The notes under the pieces: generated by a model
Databases searched by the model: none
Seen by the model: only the letters and a program-made list of their open reading frames with translations
What the model was told of the DNA's origin: nothing
Shown here: piece by piece, positions 46,308 to 55,312 of the stretch
Layout of the letters: the number at the start of each line of letters is the position of its first letter
How positions within the stretch are numbered: position 1 is the stretch's first letter
Position numbers and translations under genes: made by a program
Origin: Candidatus Stahliibacteriota bacterium
GTDB lineage: Bacteria > Hydrothermota > Tepidihabitantia > SM23-42
Direction of reading: 5' to 3'
Assembly: GCA_030609135.1 (NCBI GenBank)
Contig: JAUWCU010000002.1
Coordinates: 4,798-68,797, forward strand
Length of the DNA: 64,000 nt

Positions 46308-47592
46308 GTGGATCAGTAATGACTCCTGTCAAAGCAGTCGCGGCAGCGGTTGCTGGCGATGCAAGAAAAACTTTAGCACCTTGACCGAGCTTGCCTATGA
46401 AATTACGATTTGAAGTAGAAACCATTACTTCACCAGGTGCAAGAATACCAGGGTGTCCAGTCGTACACAGTGCACAACCCGGGTTGGTCACCACGGCGCC
46501 AGCATTTATAAAAATGTCGTACAAGCCTTGTTTCAGTGATTTTTTTGCTACTTCCATGGTTGCTGGCACAATAATTAAACGCATACCAGGTTTAATTTTA
46601 TTCCCTTTTAATATTTGTGCAGCGATATTCAAATCCTCAAATCTACCATTAGTACAAGAACCTATGAAAACCTGATCAACCTCAGTCTTGGCAATATTTT
46701 TAACATCCTTTACATTATCCGGTGAATGGGGACAGGCGATCTGGGGTTGCAGATCATCGATATTGAATTCATGTATTTCTTCGTATACAGCATCTGAGTC
46801 AGGTTCAATTGTTTCAACCTTTTCTTTAGTCCTCGTTTTGATATAATCCAAAATCTCATGGTTAGGCTGTATAAAACCGATATCTCCAGACATCTCGGTT
46901 ACCATACTTGCCATTGTTATACGTTCAGCAAGATTCAAATGGTCGATTGTCTGACCAGAGAATTCGACTGCCCGGTTGAGCGCACCGTCAGTCTTCAATG
47001 TCTTGAGTAGAAAAAGTATTATATCTTTTGCCGTAACGAACTTCTTTAGTTTACCAGTAACTTCAATCTTGATCGTTGGTGGTATACGAAAATATAACTC
47101 ACCCTTGTACATTGCGCCGGCAATATCGGTTGTGCCCATACCAAACCCTGCAGCACCGACCCCACCAAGCAGATTCATATGACTATCAGTACCAACAATA
47201 ATATCCCATGGTTTTGCCAAACCGTTTTCAAAAAGAATATGCTGACCAATACCTGTATCGATGTCAAAGAGTTTTACACCTTGACGAGCAGCAAATTCCC
47301 TCAAGAATTTTTGATTTACCGCGACTTTCTCGTCACGAGCAGGGATATGAAGGTCAAAAGTTATCACTACTTTTCTATTATCAAATACCGACTGTTCACC
47401 AAACTTGTTCTGATATTCCTGGATAACATTTGGTCCGCCAAAATCGCGCATCGCTACAAGATTCAATTTCGCCCAGATATATTCACCTGGTTTAACATCT
47501 TTACCTGCCGCGCGTGCAAAAATCTTCTCAATGATTGTCATGGCTTTGCCAAGCTTACAAAATCCAAGTTCCAAGAACCAAGAGTTAAGCAC
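46297..47592 (-). CDS. Aconitase-family large subunit, second copy (LeuC-type)
   Basis: VGTDSHMNLLGG, GSCTNGRFEDL, NPGCALCTTGH Fe-S cluster motifs. Confidence 0.85.
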   Translation of the reverse strand: MLNSWFLELGFCKLGKAMTIIEKIFARAAGKDVKPGEYIWAKLNLVAMRDFGGPNVIQEYQNKFGEQSVFDNRKVVITFDLHIPARDEKVAVNQKFLREFAARQGVKLFDIDTGIGQHILFENGLAKPWDIIVGTDSHMNLLGGVGAAGFGMGTTDIAGAMYKGELYFRIPPTIKIEVTGKLKKFVTAKDIILFLLKTLKTDGALNRAVEFSGQTIDHLNLAERITMASMVTEMSGDIGFIQPNHEILDYIKTRTKEKVETIEPDSDAVYEEIHEFNIDDLQPQIACPHSPDNVKDVKNIAKTEVDQVFIGSCTNGRFEDLNIAAQILKGNKIKPGMRLIIVPATMEVAKKSLKQGLYDIFINAGAVVTNPGCALCTTGHPGILAPGEVMVSTSNRNFIGKLGQGAKVFLASPATAAATALTGVITDPREV

Positions 47593-47595
47593 ATA

Positions 47596-48021
47596 CTAAT
47601 CTTTGACTTTGTTATAGATTGATCCGAAAATATTTCTGAGTTCATATGATTCCTGGACCAATATTACTACTGTTTCTTGATTACCAATCTGCGTTCTTCG
47701 CATAATGCGTAGCCAATAATTCGATTCTCTTGTCTCTTTAAGAACAATGCTAATCTTATGCCTAAAGTCTGCTTTTGAACTGGTCGCCTGAGCTTCCTCA
47801 TAATTAGCGCCGACTGAAGTACCTGATTTTGCCAGTTGATACCTAATAACATCATTTTCTTTTTCGTAGGGAACTGTTTTCAGGAGATCAATAATGGCAA
47901 CTGCAAATTCAAATGTTCTCTCTTTTAAATCAATGATATATTCTGCTCCTGGTTCCTTGACCTCAAATCTTAATGGTGCTTTTTGAATGATCTCATATAC
48001 TTTTTCTTGTTGACACTTCAT
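47596..48021 (-). CDS. Four-helix-bundle protein of the 23S rRNA intervening-sequence protein family
   Basis: ERTFEFAVAIIDLLKTVP...IRYQLAKSGTSVGANYEEAQ...SKADFRHKISIVLKETRESNYWLRI is the TIGR02436-type signature. Start placed at MKCQQ (48021); the ORF-track extension overlaps the upstream gene by 17 nt. Confidence 0.7.
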   Translation of the reverse strand: MKCQQEKVYEIIQKAPLRFEVKEPGAEYIIDLKERTFEFAVAIIDLLKTVPYEKENDVIRYQLAKSGTSVGANYEEAQATSSKADFRHKISIVLKETRESNYWLRIMRRTQIGNQETVVILVQESYELRNIFGSIYNKVKD

Positions 48022-48073
48022 TATTCCTATCACTCTCTTGGTTCTTGGAACTTGGTTCTTGGAACTTGAGAAA

Positions 48074-49165
48074 TTACAATTTCTCTGCAATGGCTTCTGC
48101 CATTTCTAAGCTCGTCGCCTCACCGCCCATATCATACGTTTTGGTTTTTCCTTCCTCGATAACCTGGGCAACCGCTTTCTCGAACCGGTCCGCAGCAGCG
48201 TGTTCGCCAAGCCATTCAAGCATCATTTTAGCAGCAAGGATTGTTGCGATCGGGTTTACCTTATACATACCAGCATATTTTGGCGCTGAGCCGTGGGTCG
48301 GTTCAAAAACTGCATAGCTGTCACCAATATTACCGCTCGAGCCAAAACCGAGACCCCCGGTCATCTGCGCACATAAATCAGAAATAATATCACCATATAG
48401 GTTGGGTGCAACCAGAATGTCGTAGTTAAATGGTTTCTTAAGCAACCACTGACAAAGAGAATCAACATTCGCATTATCAGCTTCAATACCAGGGTAGTCT
48501 GCAGCAACCTGATCAAATTTTTCAAGGAATAAACCATCTGTTGCTCTCACGACATTTGCCTTATGGACACACGTAACCTTTTTCCTTTTGTGCTTTTGTG
48601 CAAAATCAAAAGCTGCTCGGACAATCCTCTCGCACCCTTTGGGCGTATTGACCTTCACAGAAATAGCTGCATCCCTGGCTACATTTTCCATTCCCTTGAT
48701 CGACAACATTTCTACAGGAACTTGATTATACTCAATGCCCGAGTACAGATCTTCAGTATTCTCCCGAAAAATGACAAAATCAATACCCTCTTTAAAGTTC
48801 AGTGGGTTACCTTTATACGCCTTACACGGACGTTTGCATATGTATAAATCAAACTTCTGACGCATTCGCACAATCGGACTTCGGTAAACCAAACCTTTGT
48901 TTCTTAAGCTTGGTACGAGTTCAGTATCGGCAATACTCTTTGGTTTTGAAGTTATTGCACCGAACATCGCACAATCAGTACTCCTCATTAGTTCAACAGT
49001 TCGCTTAGGCAGAGGCTCGCCTTCTTTGCACCAGAATTCCCAACCTACATCACCATGTATGTATTGAGCATCAAGACCAATTCTATCAAGGACGATTCTT
49101 GTTGCGTCGAGAACATCCTTTCCTATACCATCACCAGGTAACCAGGCAATCTTATATTTTGCCAT
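48074..49165 (-). CDS. Beta-decarboxylating dehydrogenase of the isocitrate/homoisocitrate/3-isopropylmalate dehydrogenase family (HICDH-like subgroup)
   Basis: FGAITSKP (compare GAATSP of Thermus homoisocitrate dehydrogenase), DLYICKRP, FVIFRENTEDLYSGIE, NLYGDIISD, HGSAPKYAGMYKVNP (Icd-like APKYAG rather than the LeuB APDIAG). Confidence 0.8.
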   Translation of the reverse strand: MAKYKIAWLPGDGIGKDVLDATRIVLDRIGLDAQYIHGDVGWEFWCKEGEPLPKRTVELMRSTDCAMFGAITSKPKSIADTELVPSLRNKGLVYRSPIVRMRQKFDLYICKRPCKAYKGNPLNFKEGIDFVIFRENTEDLYSGIEYNQVPVEMLSIKGMENVARDAAISVKVNTPKGCERIVRAAFDFAQKHKRKKVTCVHKANVVRATDGLFLEKFDQVAADYPGIEADNANVDSLCQWLLKKPFNYDILVAPNLYGDIISDLCAQMTGGLGFGSSGNIGDSYAVFEPTHGSAPKYAGMYKVNPIATILAAKMMLEWLGEHAAADRFEKAVAQVIEEGKTKTYDMGGEATSLEMAEAIAEKL

Positions 49166-49277
49166 CTTTACTCCTTAACGAATGGACACTGGATTAGGGT
49201 TCGGATACTATATTCTTATTCCAGTTTCCAAACCCAAACCTATCATCTGTTTTGTTCAGCATCCTAACCCATAGACC

Positions 49278-50393
49278 TTATACTATCCCCTCATATATGC
49301 GGTATTTTTTGTAGAGCTTACCACCCATTTTTGTAACAGCATTGTTGGTCGGGTGGTTATCCTCAAGTACCCATGATAGCTCACCTGCATTGTAGCCGAG
49401 CTGCTGAGCGGCTCGAAAAGACTCAAGGAAAAGTAATGACTCTAAACCCATTTTTCTGTACTGCTTGCGTACACCCATGATTATCATACGCGCGTCTTTT
49501 ATTTTCTTTTTGTAATACAGGAATTTCAGCATCTCAATAGGCCCCAATCGTCCGTTCAGTTTTTTTAGAACCGTATTGTAATTCGGTACAGCAAGCGAGA
49601 CTGCTACTGGAACACCGTCTATTTCTATGATCGGCACCAACTCCGGGATAATCAATGATTTCATATTCTCGGCAAAGGCACTTATTTCCTCATCAGTCAT
49701 CGGTACAAAGCCCCAATTACGGCTCCACGCATCATTATAGATCTCTTGTATTTTCTTTACTTCATTTTCAAAGTCAGCAACATTAATCGGTCTGACCTTC
49801 ATATCATGTACTCGTCTCCGTACAATAGAACAAATTCTTTCCAGATATTCAAAGGGTGCATCTTTCATATCACAGTAATACGCAAAGAGATCTTTGGTTT
49901 TCTTAAGCCCGCACTTTTTTATCAAATCATCGTAATACTCATAATTGTAAGGCATCATTATAAAAGGCGTTGTATAAAAACCCTCAATCAGAACTCCACA
50001 TTCATTATTAGTCGATGGATTCAAAGGACCGATGTATTTGGTGATATTTTTGTCACTAAGATATTCCTTTACATGTTCAAAAAGGGCTTTTCCTGCATCT
50101 TCATCATCATCACACTCAAAGAACCCAAAATATGCTGTCTTTTCATCCCAGAATTCCATGAAGTTATAGTCAATAATCGCGCATATCCTCCCGGACAACT
50201 GTTTATCCCGGTAGACAAGAAACAATTCCTTTTCAGCATGGCTCCAGAACGAATTCTTTGTTTTATCAAAGAGATTACGTACCTCACGTTTAAGCGGAGG
50301 CACCCAATAGCGATTTTTTTTATACAATTTAAAAGGAAGGTTTATAAAATCCTTCAGTTCTTTTTCGGTTTTTACAGGAACTACAGTAATCAT
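49278..50393 (-). CDS. GNAT-fold N-acyltransferase-family protein (about 370 aa)
   Basis: N-terminal MITVVPVKTEKELKDFINLPFKLYKKNRYWVPPL... family commonly annotated as GNAT N-acetyltransferase; C-terminal acyl-CoA N-acyltransferase-like core; co-transcribed with the alpha-oxoamine synthase (stop/start overlap at 50393). Confidence 0.5.
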   Translation of the reverse strand: MITVVPVKTEKELKDFINLPFKLYKKNRYWVPPLKREVRNLFDKTKNSFWSHAEKELFLVYRDKQLSGRICAIIDYNFMEFWDEKTAYFGFFECDDDEDAGKALFEHVKEYLSDKNITKYIGPLNPSTNNECGVLIEGFYTTPFIMMPYNYEYYDDLIKKCGLKKTKDLFAYYCDMKDAPFEYLERICSIVRRRVHDMKVRPINVADFENEVKKIQEIYNDAWSRNWGFVPMTDEEISAFAENMKSLIIPELVPIIEIDGVPVAVSLAVPNYNTVLKKLNGRLGPIEMLKFLYYKKKIKDARMIIMGVRKQYRKMGLESLLFLESFRAAQQLGYNAGELSWVLEDNHPTNNAVTKMGGKLYKKYRIYEGIV

Positions 50394-51580
50394 TATTTCT
50401 TTAACCCAAATTCTTCAGCACAGTGTGCAAAAGCCTCTAAGATAATTTCAATGTCTTCATCCGTATGTGTAGACATATAGCTGGTCCGAATCAAAGCGCG
50501 GCCGGGCGGCGTCGCCGGAGAAATAACCGGGTTTGCAAAAATACCGCTCGCAATCAGTTTTTTCCAAAAGGCAAAGCATTGTTCATCTTCACCAATGATA
50601 ATCGGGATGACCGGCGTCTCACTATCACCAGTATCAAGCCCGATATCTCTAAAACCCTTTAACATACGTCGGGCTACCGCCCACAATCTTTTGCGGCGTT
50701 CAGGTTCGGTTCTGATAATATTCAAAGCCATCTGGGCACTCGCAACTGAAGCAGGAATCATGGACGCCGAAAATATTAATGCCCGGGCACGATGCTTAAT
50801 ATGGGTGATAACGTCTTTATCACCGACAACAAAACCGCCCAGTGATGCAAATGCTTTACTAAACGTCCCCATTAGTAAGTCAACTCTATCGAGCACACCA
50901 AAGTGCTCACATGTACCTTGACCTTTTTCGCCGTGTACACCGACTCCGTGTGCATCGTCAACGAGTAAGCGGCACTTATATTTTTCTTTCAAACGGACGA
51001 TTTCAGGGAGGTTAGCCAAATCACCTTCCATGCTGAATACGCCATCAACAATTATCAATTTACCGCGGTCTTCAGGTAACGTCTTTAATATCCGCTCTAA
51101 ATCTTCCATATCATTGTGCCGATACTTCTTAACATCGGCAAATGATAAACGGCAGCCATCAATGATAGAAGCATGGTCCTGACGATCAATGATCAAGAGA
51201 TCGTCTTTGCCGCCGAGTGCTGAAATAATACCCAAATTCGTTTGAAAACCAGTGGAAAAAATAATCGCCCCGTCTTTTTCATAGAACTCAGCCAGGTCTT
51301 TTTCAAGTTTGACGTGAATATCGAGTGTCCCATTGAGAAACCTTGAACCAGAACATGTCGAGCCATACTTTTCCACGGCTTTGATCGCTGCTTCCTTCAT
51401 GCGCGGATCAGCAGCCAGACCAAGGTATCCATTAGATCCGATCATTATAAATTCTTTACCATCTATTTTGACGCGGTGACCCTGGGCAGATTCTATCGGT
51501 GTGAAATATGGATAAATCCCCAATTCCTGTGTTTTTTTCACTCGTTCAACGGTGAAAGCACACTTTTTAAATAAATCCAT
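50393..51580 (-). CDS. Alpha-oxoamine synthase (PLP-dependent; KBL/BioF/serine-palmitoyltransferase family)
   Basis: GSNGYLGL, DGVFSMEGD, the PLP lysine region TFSKAFASLGG, and an ELGIYPYF N-terminal motif typical of Spt/CFAT-like members. Confidence 0.8.
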   Translation of the reverse strand: MDLFKKCAFTVERVKKTQELGIYPYFTPIESAQGHRVKIDGKEFIMIGSNGYLGLAADPRMKEAAIKAVEKYGSTCSGSRFLNGTLDIHVKLEKDLAEFYEKDGAIIFSTGFQTNLGIISALGGKDDLLIIDRQDHASIIDGCRLSFADVKKYRHNDMEDLERILKTLPEDRGKLIIVDGVFSMEGDLANLPEIVRLKEKYKCRLLVDDAHGVGVHGEKGQGTCEHFGVLDRVDLLMGTFSKAFASLGGFVVGDKDVITHIKHRARALIFSASMIPASVASAQMALNIIRTEPERRKRLWAVARRMLKGFRDIGLDTGDSETPVIPIIIGEDEQCFAFWKKLIASGIFANPVISPATPPGRALIRTSYMSTHTDEDIEIILEAFAHCAEEFGLKK

Positions 51581-51609
51581 TGGATAGTATAGTTACTTTT
51601 TGTCTGAAG

Positions 51610-52878
51610 TCAACCTATGTTCCTCAGGAACCATTTCAGGTCAAAAATCTTTGCGATCTCTTTTTCATTAAGGTATTGACACACTTTTTTGTCCTTAAGA
51701 ACTGTCTTTTTCAGATCTTCTTTTGCCGCAATAGTCTTGAAAGACAAACGCTGTACAGTGTTATAAGCCTCTCCCCTGCTCATACCATGTTGTACGAGTT
51801 TGTTCATTAAATTCTGGGAGGCGTAAACACCGTAGCTTGCCTCAATATTCTCCATCATGCGTTTTGGATACACATTCAGGTTCTCAAGCACCCAGCGTGT
51901 TTTTAGAGTAAGGTAATGTGCCAAGTGAAATGCATCCGGGAAAATAACCCGTTCGACTGAAGAATTAGTAATATCCCGTTCATGCCAGAGCGTGATATTC
52001 TCGTAAGCCGGGATTAGATAGCTACGCAGAACCCGCACCAAACCGCTTATGCGTTCACAGGTAATCGGATTTTTCTTATGCGGCATGGCAGAAGAACCCT
52101 TTTGCCCACGAGTAAACGGTTCAAGCACCTCACCTATTTCAGTACGGGAAAGGTTCCGGATTTCAGTAGCAATCCTTTCCAAGGCGCATGCATACAGTGC
52201 AATAATAGCAAGCAGCAAAGCGAAACGATCCCTTGGTAGAACTTGAGTTGACACGGGTTCTGGTTTCAAACCTAACTTCCTCATAACTCTTTTCTCAAGC
52301 GCTGGTGATAGCATTGTATAGGTACCAACTGCACCAGACAGCTTACCAAAGGACATTTCTTTCCTAGCAAGGATAAGACGCTGATACGCCCGCTTGACTT
52401 CTTCATACCAGGAAGCGACTTTGTAACCGAATGTAATAGGTTGAGCAAAAACACCATGTGTTCTGCCCATCTGGGGCGTTTTTTTGTATTTCAAGGAAAG
52501 CCTTTTCAACACGGTCAGGAGTTTCTTCACATCACCCAGCAAAACATCAATAGCTTCAAGGAGCATCAACACAAAGGCGGTATCAACAAGATCGTACGAG
52601 GTCAGTCCAAAGTGCAACCATTTACCAGCTCGCTTGTCGAGTTTTTCCCGGGCAGCTTCTAAAAAAGCAATAACGTCATGGTTGGTGACTTTTTCTATGG
52701 TTCGAACTCGTTCTGGTTTCACCTTTATCTTGGCTAGTTTGCTACTGAGTCCACGCGGAATCACCCCGGATTTTTCCTCAATCCCAGCAACAATTCGTTC
52801 GACAAAAAGCCATTTCTTTAATTTGTATTCATCATTGAATATTCTTGCCATCTCTTTTGTCTGATAACGTGTTATCAT
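51610..52878 (-). CDS. purB: Adenylosuccinate lyase
   Basis: The MITRYQTKEMARIF N-terminus and the fumarate-lyase signature GSSAMPHKKNP. Confidence 0.9.
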   Translation of the reverse strand: MITRYQTKEMARIFNDEYKLKKWLFVERIVAGIEEKSGVIPRGLSSKLAKIKVKPERVRTIEKVTNHDVIAFLEAAREKLDKRAGKWLHFGLTSYDLVDTAFVLMLLEAIDVLLGDVKKLLTVLKRLSLKYKKTPQMGRTHGVFAQPITFGYKVASWYEEVKRAYQRLILARKEMSFGKLSGAVGTYTMLSPALEKRVMRKLGLKPEPVSTQVLPRDRFALLLAIIALYACALERIATEIRNLSRTEIGEVLEPFTRGQKGSSAMPHKKNPITCERISGLVRVLRSYLIPAYENITLWHERDITNSSVERVIFPDAFHLAHYLTLKTRWVLENLNVYPKRMMENIEASYGVYASQNLMNKLVQHGMSRGEAYNTVQRLSFKTIAAKEDLKKTVLKDKKVCQYLNEKEIAKIFDLKWFLRNIG

Positions 52879-52894
52879 ATTATTGCTCCTTGCA

Positions 52895-54340
52895 TTATGA
52901 ACCCAGATACAACTGGATTATTAAACCACCTCGGTCCAAAATAAAATAAAGGAAACGGTCACTTTTCATTGCTTCATTAAAATCATTCTTATTCCGTATG
53001 CGTTTGTTATCGATTCTTAGAATAACATCACCCGCTCTAATGCCCAATCGTTCTCCAGTGCTGCCTTTTTCAACCTCTAAGACAACAACACCATCTTTGT
53101 ACCCTGATTTATATCTCTTGGCTAGTTGCGTACTTATATCTTCAACGTACAATCCAAACCTGCTTATCATCTTCGAGTATTTGAATTCCTCAACTATGAG
53201 TTTGACTTTGATGGTGTTCTCATCCCTTAAACCAGTGATTTGGAGTTCCTCATCCACAAAAACATTGGCGATAAAATTATCCCAGTCTGACACCCGTTTT
53301 ATTAAGATGCCATTGACTTCAACGATTCTATCGCCGATCTTTATGCCGGCTTTTTTTGAAGGACTTAGCGAATCAACGTTAGTTACTATCACACCAAAGA
53401 CAGGAATCCTAAAGTTTTCAACAATATCCGGGGGGATATCCTGTAACCATAAACCAACCCAAGCCTGACGGATCTTGCTGTGCTCTTTAGCCTCAGCGAT
53501 GAACTTCCTTGCAAAATTGATGGGTCGGGCAAACCCAATACCTTCAGACCCACCGCTCGATGTAAAAATGAAATTATTTATGCCGATTACCTGACCAAGA
53601 ACATTGACTAAAGGACCGCCTGAATTACCCGGATTTATTGCCGCATCAGTCTGGATCATGTTTTTATAGACTCTTTCATCATGGCTTGATTTTATTGATC
53701 TATTCAGTGCCGAGACAACGCCAACTGTAACTGTAGGGCTTGTATCTTCAAGCAAAAATCCAAATGGGTTGCCAAAAGCGATCACCCATTCCCCGATCAT
53801 CAAATCGTCAGAATTCCCAAATTCAACATACGGTAAGTCATTTGTATCGATCTTCATCAGTGCCAGGTCCATAGTACGGTCAGCGACCACAACCATACCC
53901 TCTATTTGCCGACCATCGGGCAAGGTTATCTTAATTTTGGTTGCATTGGATATCACGTGTTCATTCGTTAAAATATAGCCATCCTGGGAAATAATAACGC
54001 CTGTACCAAGACTCTTAACTTGTTGTTTATGATATCGTTCGGGGAAAAAATCACGGAAAAAATCACGGAACATATTATCTGCATAAGGTGAGAAAAAAGG
54101 AGAAGTTGCCACAACTTTTGTTTGAATCACCGATATGGAAACTACTGCATCCGTGACTTTATTGGCGGCTAGAACAATGGCATTTGTCCTTTGTATCGAA
54201 ACATTTTTGTTCCGACTTAGCCTTTCGTCTTGCCGGTTACGAAAAAACTGCGGTCCTACTGTACTGTATAGGGTTATTGCAAAAATTGTGACCACAATGC
54301 CGAAAAATCCGTAAAAAATGTTCTTCTTTGTTATTATCAT
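52895..54340 (-). CDS. htrA: HtrA/DegP-family serine protease with two PDZ domains
   Basis: N-terminal TM anchor, catalytic triad region with GNSGGPLVN, then two PDZ domains. Confidence 0.85.
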   Translation of the reverse strand: MIITKKNIFYGFFGIVVTIFAITLYSTVGPQFFRNRQDERLSRNKNVSIQRTNAIVLAANKVTDAVVSISVIQTKVVATSPFFSPYADNMFRDFFRDFFPERYHKQQVKSLGTGVIISQDGYILTNEHVISNATKIKITLPDGRQIEGMVVVADRTMDLALMKIDTNDLPYVEFGNSDDLMIGEWVIAFGNPFGFLLEDTSPTVTVGVVSALNRSIKSSHDERVYKNMIQTDAAINPGNSGGPLVNVLGQVIGINNFIFTSSGGSEGIGFARPINFARKFIAEAKEHSKIRQAWVGLWLQDIPPDIVENFRIPVFGVIVTNVDSLSPSKKAGIKIGDRIVEVNGILIKRVSDWDNFIANVFVDEELQITGLRDENTIKVKLIVEEFKYSKMISRFGLYVEDISTQLAKRYKSGYKDGVVVLEVEKGSTGERLGIRAGDVILRIDNKRIRNKNDFNEAMKSDRFLYFILDRGGLIIQLYLGS

Positions 54341-54380
54341 GTTCAGTCCTTTCTTGCTATCATAGACACGGCAGGCGTAA

Positions 54381-55109
54381 TCAGTACTTCACTTCCACAA
54401 GAAATAACCCCTGTGGAGGTGCGAAAAAGAGATCTCTTATCTTACCGTCTAAAACATCTTGTGTCTGCGCTGGCTTATAATGACCACGACCCACATCATG
54501 CAGAAAACCGACTATGCCGCGCACCATCTTTCTGAAGAAGCGATCACCCTTAATTTGTATTATAATACGTGAATTCTGTTCTGTCAAGCTAATGCTGTAG
54601 AGAATGCAGAATGTATTATCCTTGTCATTTTCAGCAGAGAAGTATTTGAAATTGCGTTGGCCAATCAAACAATCCTTTGCCTTTTCCATTTTGGATAAAT
54701 CGAGCGGGTACCTCACATACCAATTGTATCGCAGCTTGAATGGCGATGGTTGAAGAACTATATTATACTCATAAACCTTATATTGTGCAGAATATCTGCT
54801 ATGAAAATCGTCGTTCACCTTAAAAATCTGCTTAATATATATATCGTTACCTGTCAACGAATTGAGTGCCTTGCGGATCTTGGCTAATTCAAGAGAAGAG
54901 GATGTGTGGAAATTTGCAACCTGACCAAATGCATGGACTCCTTGGTCAGTTCTCCCAGCTCCGATTATCCTGATGTTCTCGCTGGTTAGTTGCTTTAAAG
55001 CATGCTCGACCTCACCCTGGACAGTCCGTTCATTGGGCTGGTACTGCCACCCGCAGAAATCAGTCCCGTCGTATTCAATAACGACCTTAATGTTTTTCAT
55101 CTTAATCAT
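54381..55109 (-). CDS. truA: tRNA pseudouridine(38-40) synthase
   Basis: IEYDGTDFCGWQYQ...RTDQGVHAFGQVANF with the catalytic Asp in RTD.GVHA. Confidence 0.85.
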   Translation of the reverse strand: MIKMKNIKVVIEYDGTDFCGWQYQPNERTVQGEVEHALKQLTSENIRIIGAGRTDQGVHAFGQVANFHTSSSLELAKIRKALNSLTGNDIYIKQIFKVNDDFHSRYSAQYKVYEYNIVLQPSPFKLRYNWYVRYPLDLSKMEKAKDCLIGQRNFKYFSAENDKDNTFCILYSISLTEQNSRIIIQIKGDRFFRKMVRGIVGFLHDVGRGHYKPAQTQDVLDGKIRDLFFAPPQGLFLVEVKY

Positions 55110-55165
55110 TCAATAAGTTATTCAGTTATCAGGTCATTATGTCACTGAGTCATTAAGTCATTTTT
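55110..55165. repeat. Tandem octamer array (RATGACYN x about 7) immediately upstream of the truA start
   Basis: Minus-sense reading aatgactt aatgactc agtgacat aatgacct gataactg aataactt attgaATG. Confidence 0.45.
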
Positions 55166-55312
55166 TACGAATACGATATTCTCCGTTTCTTCGTTGATCT
55201 GGTTCATTTAGGCATTTTGGATTTTAAGTATTTACTTTTTCTCCAATACACCGTCACTCCCCTACGCCGTTTCCCCCGGTCTCCGTGTCTCCAGCAAAGC
55301 GTGTTCATTCCG
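55166..55312. repeat. Mosaic repeat modules (TTTACGAATACGATATTCT... and CATTTAGGCATTTTGGATTTTAAGTATTT...CCGTTTCCCCCGGTCTCC)
   Basis: 55161-55205 matches 9487-9535; 55195-55300 matches 35876-35985; a reverse-complement partial copy lies at 9211-9248. Confidence 0.5.

Noticed and set aside
50393-51580. Naming the alpha-oxoamine synthase bioF or kbl
   Set aside because: No bio or tdh genes are adjacent, and the N-terminal GxYPYF motif and GNAT partner point elsewhere. Left at family level.
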